The notes under the pieces were generated by a model. That model had not been told where the DNA came from and made no database searches. It saw nothing but the letters and a program-made list of their open reading frames with translations. Made by a program: the position numbers and the translations under genes. A DNA stretch of 63,465 nucleotides, the filler included, from Octopus bimaculoides (Eukaryota), in the NCBI RefSeq assembly GCF_001194135.2. It is 6 parts of 5 records of this genome, joined end to end, with 100 filler letters (N's around TTAATTAATTAA, not from the genome) between each part and the next. Parts side by side here need not be neighbours in the genome. Positions count along the whole stretch, not along the records: positions 7,145 to 31,525 come from NC_068982.1; 5 more parts are not named here. One strand, given 5' to 3'. Positions 12,351 through 24,759 of the stretch are shown here, piece by piece (position 1 is the first letter of the stretch; each line of letters opens with the position of its first letter).

Positions 12351-12436
12351 TCAAATTCACCTTACACTTATCAAATTATTTTAAATGACTTGAGAAACTC
12401 ATTCTGCCTTGGTTTGATTTTTCCTCTAATATAATG

Positions 12437-12473
<37 letters not shown>

Positions 12474-12634
12474 TAGATATGTATATATATACATACACAC
12501 ACACACACTTGTGTATATATATGTATATATCTGTATGTATATGTATGTATAGGTGCAGGAGTGGCTGTGTGGTAAGTAGCTTGCTTACCAACCACACACA
12601 CTTGTATATATATGTATATATATATATATACATG

Positions 12635-12731
<97 letters not shown>

Positions 12732-12779
12732 GTGTGTATGATGTACCCAGTGTAAGCTGTGGACACATAAGAGGTGCAG

Positions 12780-13352
12780 CAATATCAATGGAAGGCTAAT
12801 TAGGAAGATAGTTTTTGTATGGGGCAGATGCTCATGAGCAATAAACTCTGAAAACGTACAGAGAACAACTTCCGCCACATTCCAGGGAGAAAAACTAGAA
12901 GTAGTTGATAGCTTCTGTTACCTAGGTGACCAAGTTCATAGCAGGGGTGGGTACTCTGAAAGTGTAGCTGCTAGAATAAGAATATCCTGGGCAAAGTTCA
13001 GAGAGCTCCTACCTCTGCTGGTGACAAAGGGCCTCTCGCTCAGAGTAAAAGGCAGACTGTATGACGCTTGTGTAAGAACAGCCATGCTACATGGCAGTGA
13101 AACATGAGCCGTGACTGCTGAAGACATGCATAAGCTTGCAAGGAATGAAGCCAATATGCTCCGCTGGATGTGTAATGTCAGTGTGCATACTTGACAGAGT
13201 GTAAGTACCTTGAGAGAAAAGTTGGACCTAAGAAGCATCAGATGTGGTGTGCAAGAGAGACGACTGCACTGGTATGGTCATGTGGTACAAATAGATGAGG
13301 ATAGCTGTATGAAAAAGTGTCACACCCTAGCAGTTGAGGGAAACTGTGGAAG
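12780..13352 (+). mobile_element. RTE-clade LINE ORF2 C-terminal remnant (post-RT region)
   Basis: Translates FQGEKLEVVDSFCYLGDQV...ARIRISWAKFRELLPLL...KGRLYDACVRTAMLHGSET*...ERRLHWYGHVVQ; in-frame stops present. Confidence 0.9.
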
Positions 13353-16049
13353 CTCTTATTGACTCTTTTGAATTCTACTTGGAAAAGAAAATGAGAGTGA
13401 AGAAAGAAGTGCTCTCCCCCAGTGAATTTGTTAAATTGTAGGTGACTGTGGAAAAAATGCTTAGCACGAATGGAAATATCAATACCTTGTGCATAAAATT
13501 AGTAGATGGAAACAGTGCAAAACTACCACCATGTGTGTGTGTGTGTGTTGCTTTTGTATCTTGACATTGTTTAAATGCTTAAAGTGTTAAACAATGTCAT
13601 CAATGTGGCATCAATGTTTATGCATGCAGTGAACACATATTTAACTGTTGTGCACTTTGTGGTGCAAAAGATCAGTGGAAAGAAGCCCTTACTTGGAATT
13701 AATTAAGGGTTTGCTGAAGGAAGGGTATCCTGTCATAGAATACTGCCTCAACAAAGTACTGTCCAACTTAGCTTGTGTTGTATATTTTCAGAATAATTTT
13801 GCAAAAAACGTTTTTTTTTTTTTTTTTNNNNNNNNNNATTACTTAAACATTTACAATGAATATAGGTACAAATGGGAATTTATAATCAGAGTTAAGAAGT
13901 TGCAGGTTTCAAAGCAGATGTTATTTTGTATAATATTCATCTGCTATGTAGCATATTTATGTTGGGATGGTTGTGTTGGCATTTATCTGGGGTTTTGATT
14001 GGAAAATTGCACCAATATTTTATGTGTTGAATTGTGTGGATTTATTCAAAGTCAGTAGCATGTTTGATACTTATCCCAAATGTATTTTTCTGTAAATATC
14101 ATAGTGTATTTTTTTTATGAGAACAGATAAAGTATTAAGTTGATGATGTATTTTGATTGCTGACAGCTTGTAATAGTGGCTCCCATAGAAATTTGACACA
14201 GCAAACATTATTTATTCATATTCATGAGTATGGAATTTTTGTGGTTTTAAATATTTTATTACCTATCCTCTTTTAGTGAATTGTCGGAACATAATTAGGT
14301 TTATGTTAATTATGGTTAAATTTTCACATATTCTTGTATTGTGATCTATCTCAATTATATAATTGTACAATACAAAAATTTTGGTGGGTTTGTTTGTTCA
14401 TTCATTTTGTTTTATGTCGTATTTCTACAGTAGCATGGGTTGGATAAATACCTATAATAAAGACATTATTTTTGCATTTTGATAACTTTCATGTCACTAA
14501 CGCTTACCTGTTTTTTTTTTTATTCCACTTGTCTTCAAATGTGCTGAGCTATACAAGGATCTGTTGACTGGGAATGTCACTATAACTAAATGCAAAAAAA
14601 TAAATCACTGCTTCTTTGCTCAACACTTTCCTGCAAAGATACAGAGTGTAAATATTCACACAGACACAGTTGTGCAAACATACATGCACACGTGTACACA
14701 AATGCACATACACACATGTATGTTTATATGCATGTATGCATGTATATATATATATGTGTGTGTGTGTGTGTATGCATATGAATGTATGACAGGCCTCTAT
14801 ATAGTTTCTATCCACCAATTCTACTTACAAGTCATTGATTGGCTTGAGGCTACTGTAGAAGACATTTGTCCCTGTATCATGCTGTGCGATAAAAATTAAG
14901 ACGTGGTTACAAAGGGAATTCCAGATCCATACAGCCATTTTTTATTCACAACTATGTATCAAATCTATAAATATTCACTCAATTTATCTGCTATAGAGTA
15001 CTACATTTTACAATCAAGGTAGTGCTGGTATTTCATATATAAATCACTGTATCAATTAAATCACTACATTCTTTCTTTCTTTTATTTTTTTTGTCACTTT
15101 CTTGTATAACACTTACTATATATGTTAATCATATGCATTTGTGTTACATTTATCCAATTGGCATTTATTACATATATGAAAGATGTGACTATAATTTGTC
15201 ATAAACACACATACACAAAACCATATTTACACCTGTTTACACAGTATATATAGTTGGAGATAGCGAATAATCTCCCTAAATAATACACACATACACACAC
15301 ATGTATACATACATATAATCATGTTTTGATGAAAATGTTATATAAAGTTTTATAAATTGTTATAAATGTCAGTATATTCACAAATACTGTTTGTAAATAT
15401 GTCTATGTACACTTTAGTTTTTAATATAGCTTTGTGTGTGCACATGCCTTAAGTGTATCCCATGTATGTTTGTGTGTATCTGAGTATAGGAAGGTTATTT
15501 TTATAACTGCATTGAAAGCAGTGTAATAATGAAATTGAGTTTGTTATATCAGTGCACAATGACACTAGATACTCATGTGACACCTGAAATAGTTAAATAG
15601 CTTCTGTCTCAAAGTAAACTCGATTGGAAACTTGTTTCAGACCCAACAACCTGAATTGGTATTGGATTATTGTTGGGAAACTGTATTAAAGAGATAAGCA
15701 TGGTAATCTAATTTGTTATTCTAATCTGTATTTTAATTTGCAGTCTTATTTGTTAGCATTAATGTTCAAAAACTTTCTTCTTCCTTTGTGTTTTACTAAT
15801 TAGAAACAATAGTTTCTGATGTTTTAATTGATTTGTTAATGATCCAAGCTTTCACAAGAAAGGGTGTTTTAAAACTAGTAAGAAACAAGTAGAAAGTTTT
15901 GATTTATGACTGAACCTGGTTTCTTACACTGTGAATATTTAATAAGAAGTATTCTTAATAAGAATGGTATGGCCACCGCGAAAAATCACATTCCTGCTTC
16001 ATACATATTTGTGGATCTGAGCCCAAATAGTAATAGTAATGATAATAAT

Positions 16050-16835
16050 AATGATGGTTTCAAATTTTGGCACAAGGCCAGCAATTTTAAGGGAGGTGGG
16101 AAGTCAATTACATCAGCTCTAGTGTTCAGCTGATGTGGTGGCACAATGGCCCAGTGGTTAGGGCAGCGGACTCATGGTCATAGGATCGCAGTTTCGATTC
16201 CCAAACCAGGCGTTGTGAGTGTTTATTGAGCGAAAACACCTAAAGCTCCACAGGGCTCCGGCAGGGGATGGTGGCGAACACTGCTGTACTCTTTCACCAC
16301 AACTTTCTCTCACTCTTTCTTCCTGTTTCTGTTGTACCTGTAATTCAAAGGGTCGGCCTTGTCACACTGTGTCATGCTGAATATCCCCGAGAACTACGTT
16401 AAGGGTACATGTGACTGTGGAGTGCTCAGCCACTTGCACGTTAATTTCACGAGCAGGCTGTTCCGTTGATCAGATCAACTGGAACCCTCGACGTCGTAAG
16501 CGACTGAGTGCCAACCACCAACCATCAGTGTTCAGCTGGTACTTTATTTTATTGACTCCTTAAGGATGAAAAGCAAAACTGGCTTTCATAGAATTTGAAC
16601 ACCAAATGTAAAGCTGGAAGAAATACTAGCACAAGGCCAGCAACTTTGGGGAAGGGGTAAGTTGATTGCATTAATCTCAGTACTCAGCTGGTACTTATTT
16701 TATCCACCCCAAAAGGATGAAAGGCAAAGTTGACCCCAACAGGATTTGAACTCAGAATATGAAGACCAACAAAATACCACAAAGCATTTTGTCTGGTGTG
16801 CTAATGATGCTGCCAGCTCACCACCTTAACTATAA
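16050..16835 (-). mobile_element. Tandem family-B SINE copies, one interrupted by a younger SINE
   Basis: Reverse complement of cctttcatcc...ggtcgataaattaagtaccag...cacaaggcc motif shared with 39861-40076. Confidence 0.7.
16133..16526 (+). mobile_element. tRNA-derived SINE (family C) with 12-bp target-site duplication
   Basis: A-box tggcccagtgg and B-box gtttcgattcc; second copy at 53140-53466; TSD agtgttcagctg at 16121-16132 and 16527-16538. Confidence 0.85.
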
Positions 16836-16984
16836 TAATGTTGTGTTGGTTTTTTTTTCTATTTCAATGACAAAGGTTAACAAAAAAAAAAGATGAGGAT
16901 AGTACTGGATGATACAATGGGGATTACATAAGAAAAGACATGTAAACAAGGGAATTAACAGAAACAAGAAGCATCCACAAAAGT

Positions 16985-17740
16985 TATGGTCACCTGACCA
17001 CTAAGGCAAGCACCCACTGCCTATCTGTTCTCTTAAAATTTACAAGTGCATGCTTAGAGCAAGCTCATTGACTTGGGCCACTCTCATCTACCCTTCTCAA
17101 ATTTGTAAGGAAACAGCACTTCCTTTTTCACTTGCATTTTCCTTTTCAAATGAAATTTGGAAAGTTGATGAGGGCTTGCTCACAGAGGAATGTGTCTGTC
17201 TTAAGCCTTTTTAGTCTTGTCTACTGCAGAACTTCTTTCACCAAGGCTACCAGACTGATAAAAACTGCCTAACTTCCCAGCCAAATAAAGGTGGTGGGAC
17301 TATCTTCATCATGGACTCAGCTGATAGCAAGATACATCTTACATGTGATAGTAGTTTTTTGACATAATCCCACAAGTCAAAAATATATGAGCACTGGACA
17401 TGTGCATGCAGAACAGTTTTTTGCTCTGCACACATCTCAAGCAGGCCTGGCTGATAGCACTTCCATGTCTGTAGAGTTTATCTTCAACTAGTAAAGTCCT
17501 CTGCTAGCTTTACTAGGCCAGGGATTTCTGGAAATTATCTATAGGTCCAGGACAAAACATCCTCCAAAAGTTTTTCTCAACAATGTTCTCACTTTCTCCC
17601 ACCACAAATCCTCTATAGAATGCCAGTGTGAAACTTCCTCCTACCACATTACTTGACTAGCAGAGAACTGTGAGTGCTCGATGATATTTCAGATCCAAAG
17701 TACCTTGTCTTGGCCTTTGCCTAGTCCAGGACTGCAGTAA
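16985..17740 (-). mobile_element. L1/Tx1-like LINE ORF2 C-terminal remnant
   Basis: Minus-strand translation LLVEDKLYRHGSAISQACLRC...TVLHAHVQC..IFDLWDYV gives a CCHC zinc knuckle followed by a Tx1-like tail; stops and frameshifts present. Confidence 0.7.
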
Positions 17741-18485
17741 ATGTTGATGAAAGTAATATAGAATTGAAAAATAAGAGTTTTCGGTCAGCTAATCTAAGAC
17801 AGAATTATAGAAATAAGTGACTGTGTGATAAAATTAAAATCGAATAAGAATAACTGAATGAATTTGACGACATGGTAATGAAATAGACAGAATAGTGAAA
17901 GCACTAAGTAAGGTGTTGTGAATCAGTGCATAAATAGAAGGGTATGAGCGAGGTTGAAAAGACAGAAAACTTATCTGGTCATAATTCTGGGTTCGTATTT
18001 ATTCGGCAGAGGTTCTAAGAATGAGTGGCAGAATCAGGGTGCGTGCGCTAGTTTATAAGCCTGGCGAAGCAAGAGGTAATCAAAAGAGGGAGAAGGAGAG
18101 AGAGAGTGAGATCGAGAGAGACAGAGTAAGGTAGAGAGGGTTAGGGTTAGTGGCCAGAACATGTGAGAGAGAGAGAGAGAGAGATATTCTTTTGGGATTT
18201 GTGTAGCATGGTTTAACGAGACAGCAAATGTTGATAGTAATATAGAATTGAAAAATCTAAAAGTTTTTGGTCAGCTAATCTAAGACAGAATTATAGAAAT
18301 AAGTGAGTGTGTTGTAAACTTGAATAACTGAATGAATTTGACAACATGGTAATGAACAACTGAAATGAATTTGACGACATGGTAATATATATATTTATAT
18401 ATAAAAGTTTATATATATATACGTGCATGTATATGTGTGTGTGTGTGTATGTATATGTGTGTGTATGTATATGTGTGTACATGTA

Positions 18486-19351
18486 CAGGGTGCTATGGGT
18501 AAATTGTCACCATTCTATATTTTTAATTTTGTGCATGCACATTGTTTTTCATTTGATTGACTACACAGTATGGTAGGATCAGTTAGTCACCAACTGTAAG
18601 AAAAACAGCACCATGATGCAATTCACTTTGCCAGAAATTTGGAAACGACAGGTTGTACTGCTTGGCATTCATTCCTGAAGCTCCAATACAAACAGATGGT
18701 GAACACACAGAACAACCGTTGGCTTTCCATGTCCCCAAAACATGTACCGAGAGTGATAAAAATCAAACATCCAGTCAACATCACAGTGTTTGGAGTAATC
18801 ACTAGTTATGCTTCCATTCATCTTCCCACATGGCCCCAGACTCAACATGGAGGCCTACATGAAGTGCCTGGAGAAAGTAGTGCTGCCCTGGGTCAAGAAG
18901 GTAGCTGCTGGAAAACCCTGTCTGGCAACAGGACTCTGCACCATGCCACACAAGCAGGAGAACCCAGTCATGACTGTCAGACAATTTCTGCTACCACATC
19001 ACCCCTAACAACTGGCCACCTAACTCCCCAGACTGCAACCCACTTCATTATTATGTGTGAGATGCAGTTGAGTGAGAGACCAACAAAACTCCTCGTAACA
19101 CCAAAGATGAACTGAAGGCAAGGATTATAGCAGCATTCACCAACTTAAACAAGGAGACCATCCAGAAGAGTTGCAGAAGATCCCAAAGTTGTCTGGAGGC
19201 CCTGGTTGAAGCCAATGGCGATTTTATTGAGTGAATTTACTCTTTATTCCAAGATGTTTTTATGTAATTTTGGTAAATATATTTGTTAAAATGGGATCTC
19301 AGTGTTATTTTCATTTTTGTATAATTTAGACAGTATATTCACCACACCCTG
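18486..19351 (+). mobile_element. Tc1/mariner superfamily, DD37D (maT) type, internally deleted and inactive
   Basis: TA|CAGGGTG...CACCCTG|TA termini; WQQDSAPCH...WPPNSPDCNPLHYY with 37 residues between the second D and the third catalytic position (D mutated to H); several TGA stops. Confidence 0.9.
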
Positions 19352-19774
19352 TATATACACGTGTGTGAATACATATGCATACATGTATATGCTTGTGTAC
19401 TTCATTACAATGTGAACCAGTATCACCATTTTATATCAAAAAATGGTAACATGGCCTTTTGATAGTAATAGATAAAATCAGTATGAGATGGAAGTAAGTG
19501 CTGGGTCAATATGACTGACTAAAACACTTTGAAGGTGGTGTTCAATGAATGAAACTAATAAAAGAAATAAGAAAAAAAATGTACAAAGTTGCTGCAGCAT
19601 GGAAATACTGTTATTTTGATGTACTGTGATAATTGTAAAAGTGAACTCTACCAGTTTATTTTGATGTTTGTATATTTAGAGAAGGAAAAGGAAGTGGGGT
19701 ATGCAATAGGCATGGTCTTTGTGCCTTCTCTCCCAAGTAGATGAAATTAATGTGAAAGAATTTAGTAATGCGCG

Positions 19775-19849
<75 letters not shown>

Positions 19850-20075
19850 NNNNNNNNNNNNNNNNNNNNNNNNNNNNNNNNNNNNNNNNNNNNNNNNNNN
19901 NNNNNNNNNNNNNNNNNNNNNNNNNNNNNNNNNNNNNNNNNNNNNNNNNNNNNNNNNNNNNNNNNNNNNNNNNNNNNNNNNNNNNNNNNNNNNNNNNNNN
20001 NNNNNNNNNNNNNNNNNNNNNNNNNNNNNNNNNNNNNNNNNNNNNNNNNNNNNNNNNNNNNNNNNNNNNNNNNNN

Positions 20076-20107
<32 letters not shown>

Positions 20108-20148
20108 CATACATACATACACATATAAAATAACAAGAACAGGAAAGC

Positions 20149-20185
<37 letters not shown>

Positions 20186-20599
20186 TAGATATATAGATAT
20201 ATATATATGCATGTATAATGTCTAAAGTACATAGAAAAGGGAATTTTGCCAATTATTCAACTGAGGAAATAAAAAGACTGCATATATTATGAATCATATA
20301 CATTAATCTTTAACTCTAACATACGTTAATTGATAATTGCTGTTTGTAGAAGCAATAACATGTGAAAGGAGAATGTTCCAGAGCTGCAATTTTGGAATGA
20401 AGAATTGAGAAGTACTAAGAAGGAAGAATTTAAGTGATAGGACACACTGATATACCAAAAGGAAGATATGTTTTGTTGTACTCTATGTCAGCTTCAATCA
20501 AACAACTATATGATAAATAAATTCAGGCTATTATTATTCCATAATTTTATTCAAGTATAGTGTATGTGGGATTGTGTTATTCAGTGTGTTATATCATTT

Positions 20600-21050
20600 T
20601 AAAAATGTTTGGGCTGTAATTTGAAGGAAATTCATCTTCTGTTTCTAGCCAATTGAAGGACCGCATAGACATTCTGTTGTTGGCTTGTGGAGCAATGGTG
20701 AGTGTATTGAGTGTACTTGGCTAGAGTTGGTAGAGTTTATTACTTCAGAAGAGCAGAAGCTATTGAGGTAGCATCAGTTAGAACAACGAACATGTTGAAA
20801 GCATAATGGCTGTTTGCTTAGTGAGTCTGTGTTAATCAGCTAAATGGCCTTTTTGGAGTGTGATCTTGAGTGTTTGTATATCTTGCAATTGTGCCATCCT
20901 AGATAATTGAGCAGTGCTCTGATGTAGCTGATACTAAAGATTTGTAGAAAGTAAGAAGCAAATCAGTGCTGAAGTACTTTCTAGTCCTGAATAGAAAAAT
21001 CTAGTCTTTGTGATACAGTTGTAGCAAAGTTTTGTGAGGTTATCAGAAGT
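20600..21050 (-). mobile_element. CR1/L2-group LINE 3' remnant
   Basis: Minus-strand translation IFLFRTRKYFSTDLLLTFYKSLVSATSEHCSII resembles the post-RT LYKSLVRPxLEYCS motif; a similar tail is seen at ~4040-4130. Confidence 0.6.
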
Positions 21051-21744
21051 TGAGGATTAGTTAAATATTCATTCAATATAAATACCTGACAGCTGATTGA
21101 ACCAATAAGATTGAACCAATAAGATTGAACCAATAAGATGCCTGACTGCTGGTCAACAGTTTGTATCTTGTTACTTCTGCTGTATGGTGTCTATGGCAAA
21201 TACATACCTATATCTCTCAATAATCCAATTACTTACTTGCAAATACCTTTGGGAGGTTGTCTTCACTGCATGAGTGGTGACAGTTTTAATAGCTTTTAGT
21301 ACTGAACACAAAATCTTCCCTTGTCCATATCTGGTAAGAGACAAGAAGAGTAGCAATGAACCTTTTATGTTTAATGGTTACATAGAATTATATAATTTAA
21401 TATAGCTGCGTTGAAGCAAATTTTATTAAATACATAAAAGATTACATTTATTGTTTAAAAAAATGTAATTATAAATATTGAAGAAATAAAAATATAAACA
21501 GAGTTTTTAATGACATTTTAAAGAATTTTAGAACATTAGAATAAATATAATGCTATGTATTCAATAACAAGTTATTCTTTTAATGTAAAAGCCATTCTTC
21601 TAGAAGACCATGCTTAAAAGCCTCAATGTGAGTTTTTTCACCTCTGGACTAGGATCAAGAACATTATATTTTGAGGGCAGACATAAATGGAATCATGTAA
21701 CATAAATTCCTTCCCCAAAGTTATTCATGACAAATGTGAATCTG

Positions 21745-21950
21745 TGCCATCCAAGTGTTAGCACACTGGATAAAATGCTTAGCTGTATTTTGTCCATTGC
21801 TACATTCTGAGTTCAAATTCTGCTGAGATTGACTTTGCCTTTCATCTTTTCAGGGTCGATAAATTAAGTACCAGTGAAACACTGGGATCAATGTAATTGA
21901 CTAGTCTCCTCCCCAAAAATTTCAGGCCTTGTACCTTTAGTAGAAAGGAT
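21745..21950 (+). mobile_element. Family-B SINE
   Basis: gttagcacactggataaaatgcttagc...ttctgagttcaaattc...gcctttcatctttt cagggtcgataaattaagtaccag. Confidence 0.8.
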
Positions 21951-22304
21951 TATTATTATTTATTATTTTTACGATGATGGTGGATTGACAGAATCATTAA
22001 AGCATAGGACAAAAACAGCTGCATTATTTGGTTTGGCTCCTTCTGTTGTGAAACCATATCCCACTAAGGTTAACTTTCCTTGTCTTCTTTTCAGGATGAA
22101 TAAAATAAAGTAACAGTCAAGTAAATACCTTCCCCAACTTTTAGATCCTGTACCTATGCTAGAAACAATTTTATTTGAATGAAGCTATTTTATAGTTTGC
22201 AGGGATGTTGCCTTGAACTTTGGTGACAGCAAATCTCAAAGCTCAAGAATCTTTCTTATAATTCTTGCAGAATATAGGATGGCACTTTTCTGCAAGTTTA
22301 CAAT

Positions 22305-22452
22305 CATCATCATCATCGTTTAACGTCCGCTTTCCATGCTAGCATGGGTTGGACAATTTGACTGAGGACTGGTGAACCAGATGGCTACACCAGGTTCCAA
22401 TCTGATTTGGCAGAGTTTCTACAGCTGGATGCCAACCACTCTGAGAGTGTAG
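22305..22452 (-). mobile_element. RTE-type 3' tail fragment
   Basis: catcatcatcgtttaacgtccgctttccatgctagcatgggttgg is the reverse complement of the tails at 24760-24948 and 29560-29715. Confidence 0.75.
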
Positions 22453-23599
22453 ATGTCTGTCTCAATTTCATTATCCTTCACCTTCTGAGGTAACAGCTTG
22501 GGTGTTGTGTCAGTGCACAGGAACAGTTGTCACTTTTGTCTTTCAGTCTCTTCATCTCTCTTTGGTTGATTCTATAGTAGAAGACATTTTCCCATGAGGA
22601 GGCACAATGAGAGTGAATCCAAAATCACATGGTTACAAAGTAAGATTTTTAACCACACTGCCATGCATATAACCACTCTTGAGGTAAACCCTCCATTTGA
22701 CCACCATTACAAACTACAAGTAGTAATGGGTTTAATATTTAATCCTTCATGCACTCTAGTCTTCAACATCAAACTCATTGTTATTCCTGTCCTTCAGTTT
22801 TATGATTGAGTGTGTGCACTCTCTTAAATCAATATCATTATTCTAACCAACTGTTCCTCCGCTCCTAATTTTCTCATTGCCCATCTTCAATTCTCTACAT
22901 AATCCAAATGAAGTGATAAATATTTCCTCGAGTCATCTGGACTTATGAATCTGATGATTATCTCCTGGATTTGAAAGCATGAAGTGGATGAAATGTCAAT
23001 GCTTTTTGTGGATTAAATGCCAATCTATTGCCGACAATTTCCCAAGATCTGATATTCATATCTGACAGTTAGGTAAACTTAGTCTTGTAAAATTAAGCTT
23101 TTTATAGACACAATAACATACATGGTAGGGGAAAAGGTGGTATTGATTGAGGTTACAAAACAACTATGTTTATTTTGTATGTGTGTATTATTGTCTAGTG
23201 TAAGTGGAGGGAAAAAAAAAAGAAAGACTTTGGGCTTATTATAGATTTCCTGTGTTGCATGCACTTCTTGCAAACCCAGGTCCATTGAAGAAGAAAATTG
23301 TTTAATGGAAAGAGGGAGAATAAATTTTAATTTAATATTCAATTAATGCATTCACTTCTGGTATTACTTATTTGTTTGGATACATATTTACTGGGCAGCA
23401 AATCTATGTGGAGATTCCAGAGAGACAGGAAAAGTGATATAGAGTATTATATAGAAAATCAAAGGTGATCTTCCAACAAGTTGTTCCAGGATTTTGCAAA
23501 ATATACTATAAAATTTCCAAACTCCAATTGATGTTACTTAATATTGAAAATGGTTTTATTTTTCCCCCATTAATACAAGGAAAGGAATAACTATACCTG

Positions 23600-23940
23600 C
23601 AAATGTGGCTGTGTGGTTAAAAAGCTTGATTCCTAACCATGAAGTCTCTGGTTCAGTTCCACACCATGACACCTAGGGCAAGTGTCTTCTACTATAGCCC
23701 TGGATTTGGTAGATGGAAACTGGAAGAAGCTTGTAATATGTTTATATATGTGTGTGTCTATGTGTGTATGCGCACGAGTGTGTGTTTGTTTATACTGTGT
23801 ACCTTTGTCCTGATATCATGTAATGGTTGTAACTGAGCAGCATTGTCATACAAGTAACATCCAGCTACAGAAAATCTGCTTCAGCAAATTCCATTTGATC
23901 CATGCAAGCATAAAAAGATAGATGTCAAATGATGGTGATG
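23600..23940 (+). mobile_element. CORE-type SINE head and internal microsatellite, joined to an RTE-type tail
   Basis: gtggctgtgtggttaaaaagcttg...acctagggcaagtgtcttctactatagcc head; tail catccagctacagaaa...ccatgcaagcat...gatggtgatg. Confidence 0.65.
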
Positions 23941-24759
23941 AAGAATATTTTTTTTCCTAGGTTAGCAAATAAAATTAAACGACAGAGTTTAATGTTATTT
24001 GAAAGTTGTATGTGTGGGTGTGAATGTTGAGGTTATTGCTTTTAGTAAAAGTTTTACTCATTATGATATATTTTGAGACATAGTCACAGATAATAGAGGA
24101 AATTGTTGTGTATGATTTTTCTCGTACACATTTCTCATAATGATGCTTCCACATGTCAGTAGCATTAAATATTTAAGCTTCCAAAACAAACGGAGAATAT
24201 ATATGCCATCCTAATCACACAGAATAGGTTTCTGGTCAAAAATTAAAATCAATTTTGGGGGTTGAAAAATCAATCTTGTTGCAGATTAGATGCCAATCTA
24301 TTGCAGATAATTTTACAATACTTGATATCTACATCTGACAGCTAGGTAAACTTAGTCCTGCTGAATCTAGTTTCATATTTTTAGATACAATGTCACTCAT
24401 GGGATTAGATATTGATTGAAAAGTATTTATTGCTGTGTTTCTTGATCTATTGCAGCAATGCACTCCTTTTACAAATTGCATTTTACAAATATGCCCCAGA
24501 TGATTTGAATCAAACATAAGTTAATTTTGTGCCATGCTTTATTATCCAAATTTTCGTATTCTGTCTCATCCAACAGTCTCATTTTAGATATTTGCATAGA
24601 CTAGTATCCCCTACATTAAACTTTCTTTGAATTACCTAAGAAAGCAAGAACCTATATAATTAAATTGTACTGGACCTTGGCAAATCGTTAACCATGTTTT
24701 CTGCTCCTTGATAAAAATGTTTCACTCATATTTTAATCACTACACATTGATATCAATGC

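Larger units (their letters stand above)
11700..12435. mobile_element. Head-to-head palindrome of two PLE-like 3' ends, each with a hammerhead-like motif
   Basis: 11700-12075 and 12100-12435 are reverse-complementary (roughly 80-85% by eye, with indels) around a ~25-nt spacer; both outer ends are TA-rich. Confidence 0.85.

Noticed and set aside
15906-15965. MTEPGFLHCEY as the ITPR first coding exon
   Set aside because: Only FLH matches; lacks GD-VSLYAEG and STLG, and the splice phase does not fit
16133-16215. tRNA gene (A and B boxes)
   Set aside because: No complete cloverleaf; continues into a multicopy SINE body with a TSD
18138-18150. Telomeric TTAGGG repeat
   Set aside because: Only two units inside a GA-rich tract; expected by chance
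22951-22982. CTGATGA...GAAAG as a hammerhead
   Set aside because: Stem II does not close at its base; no NUH triplet or stem I
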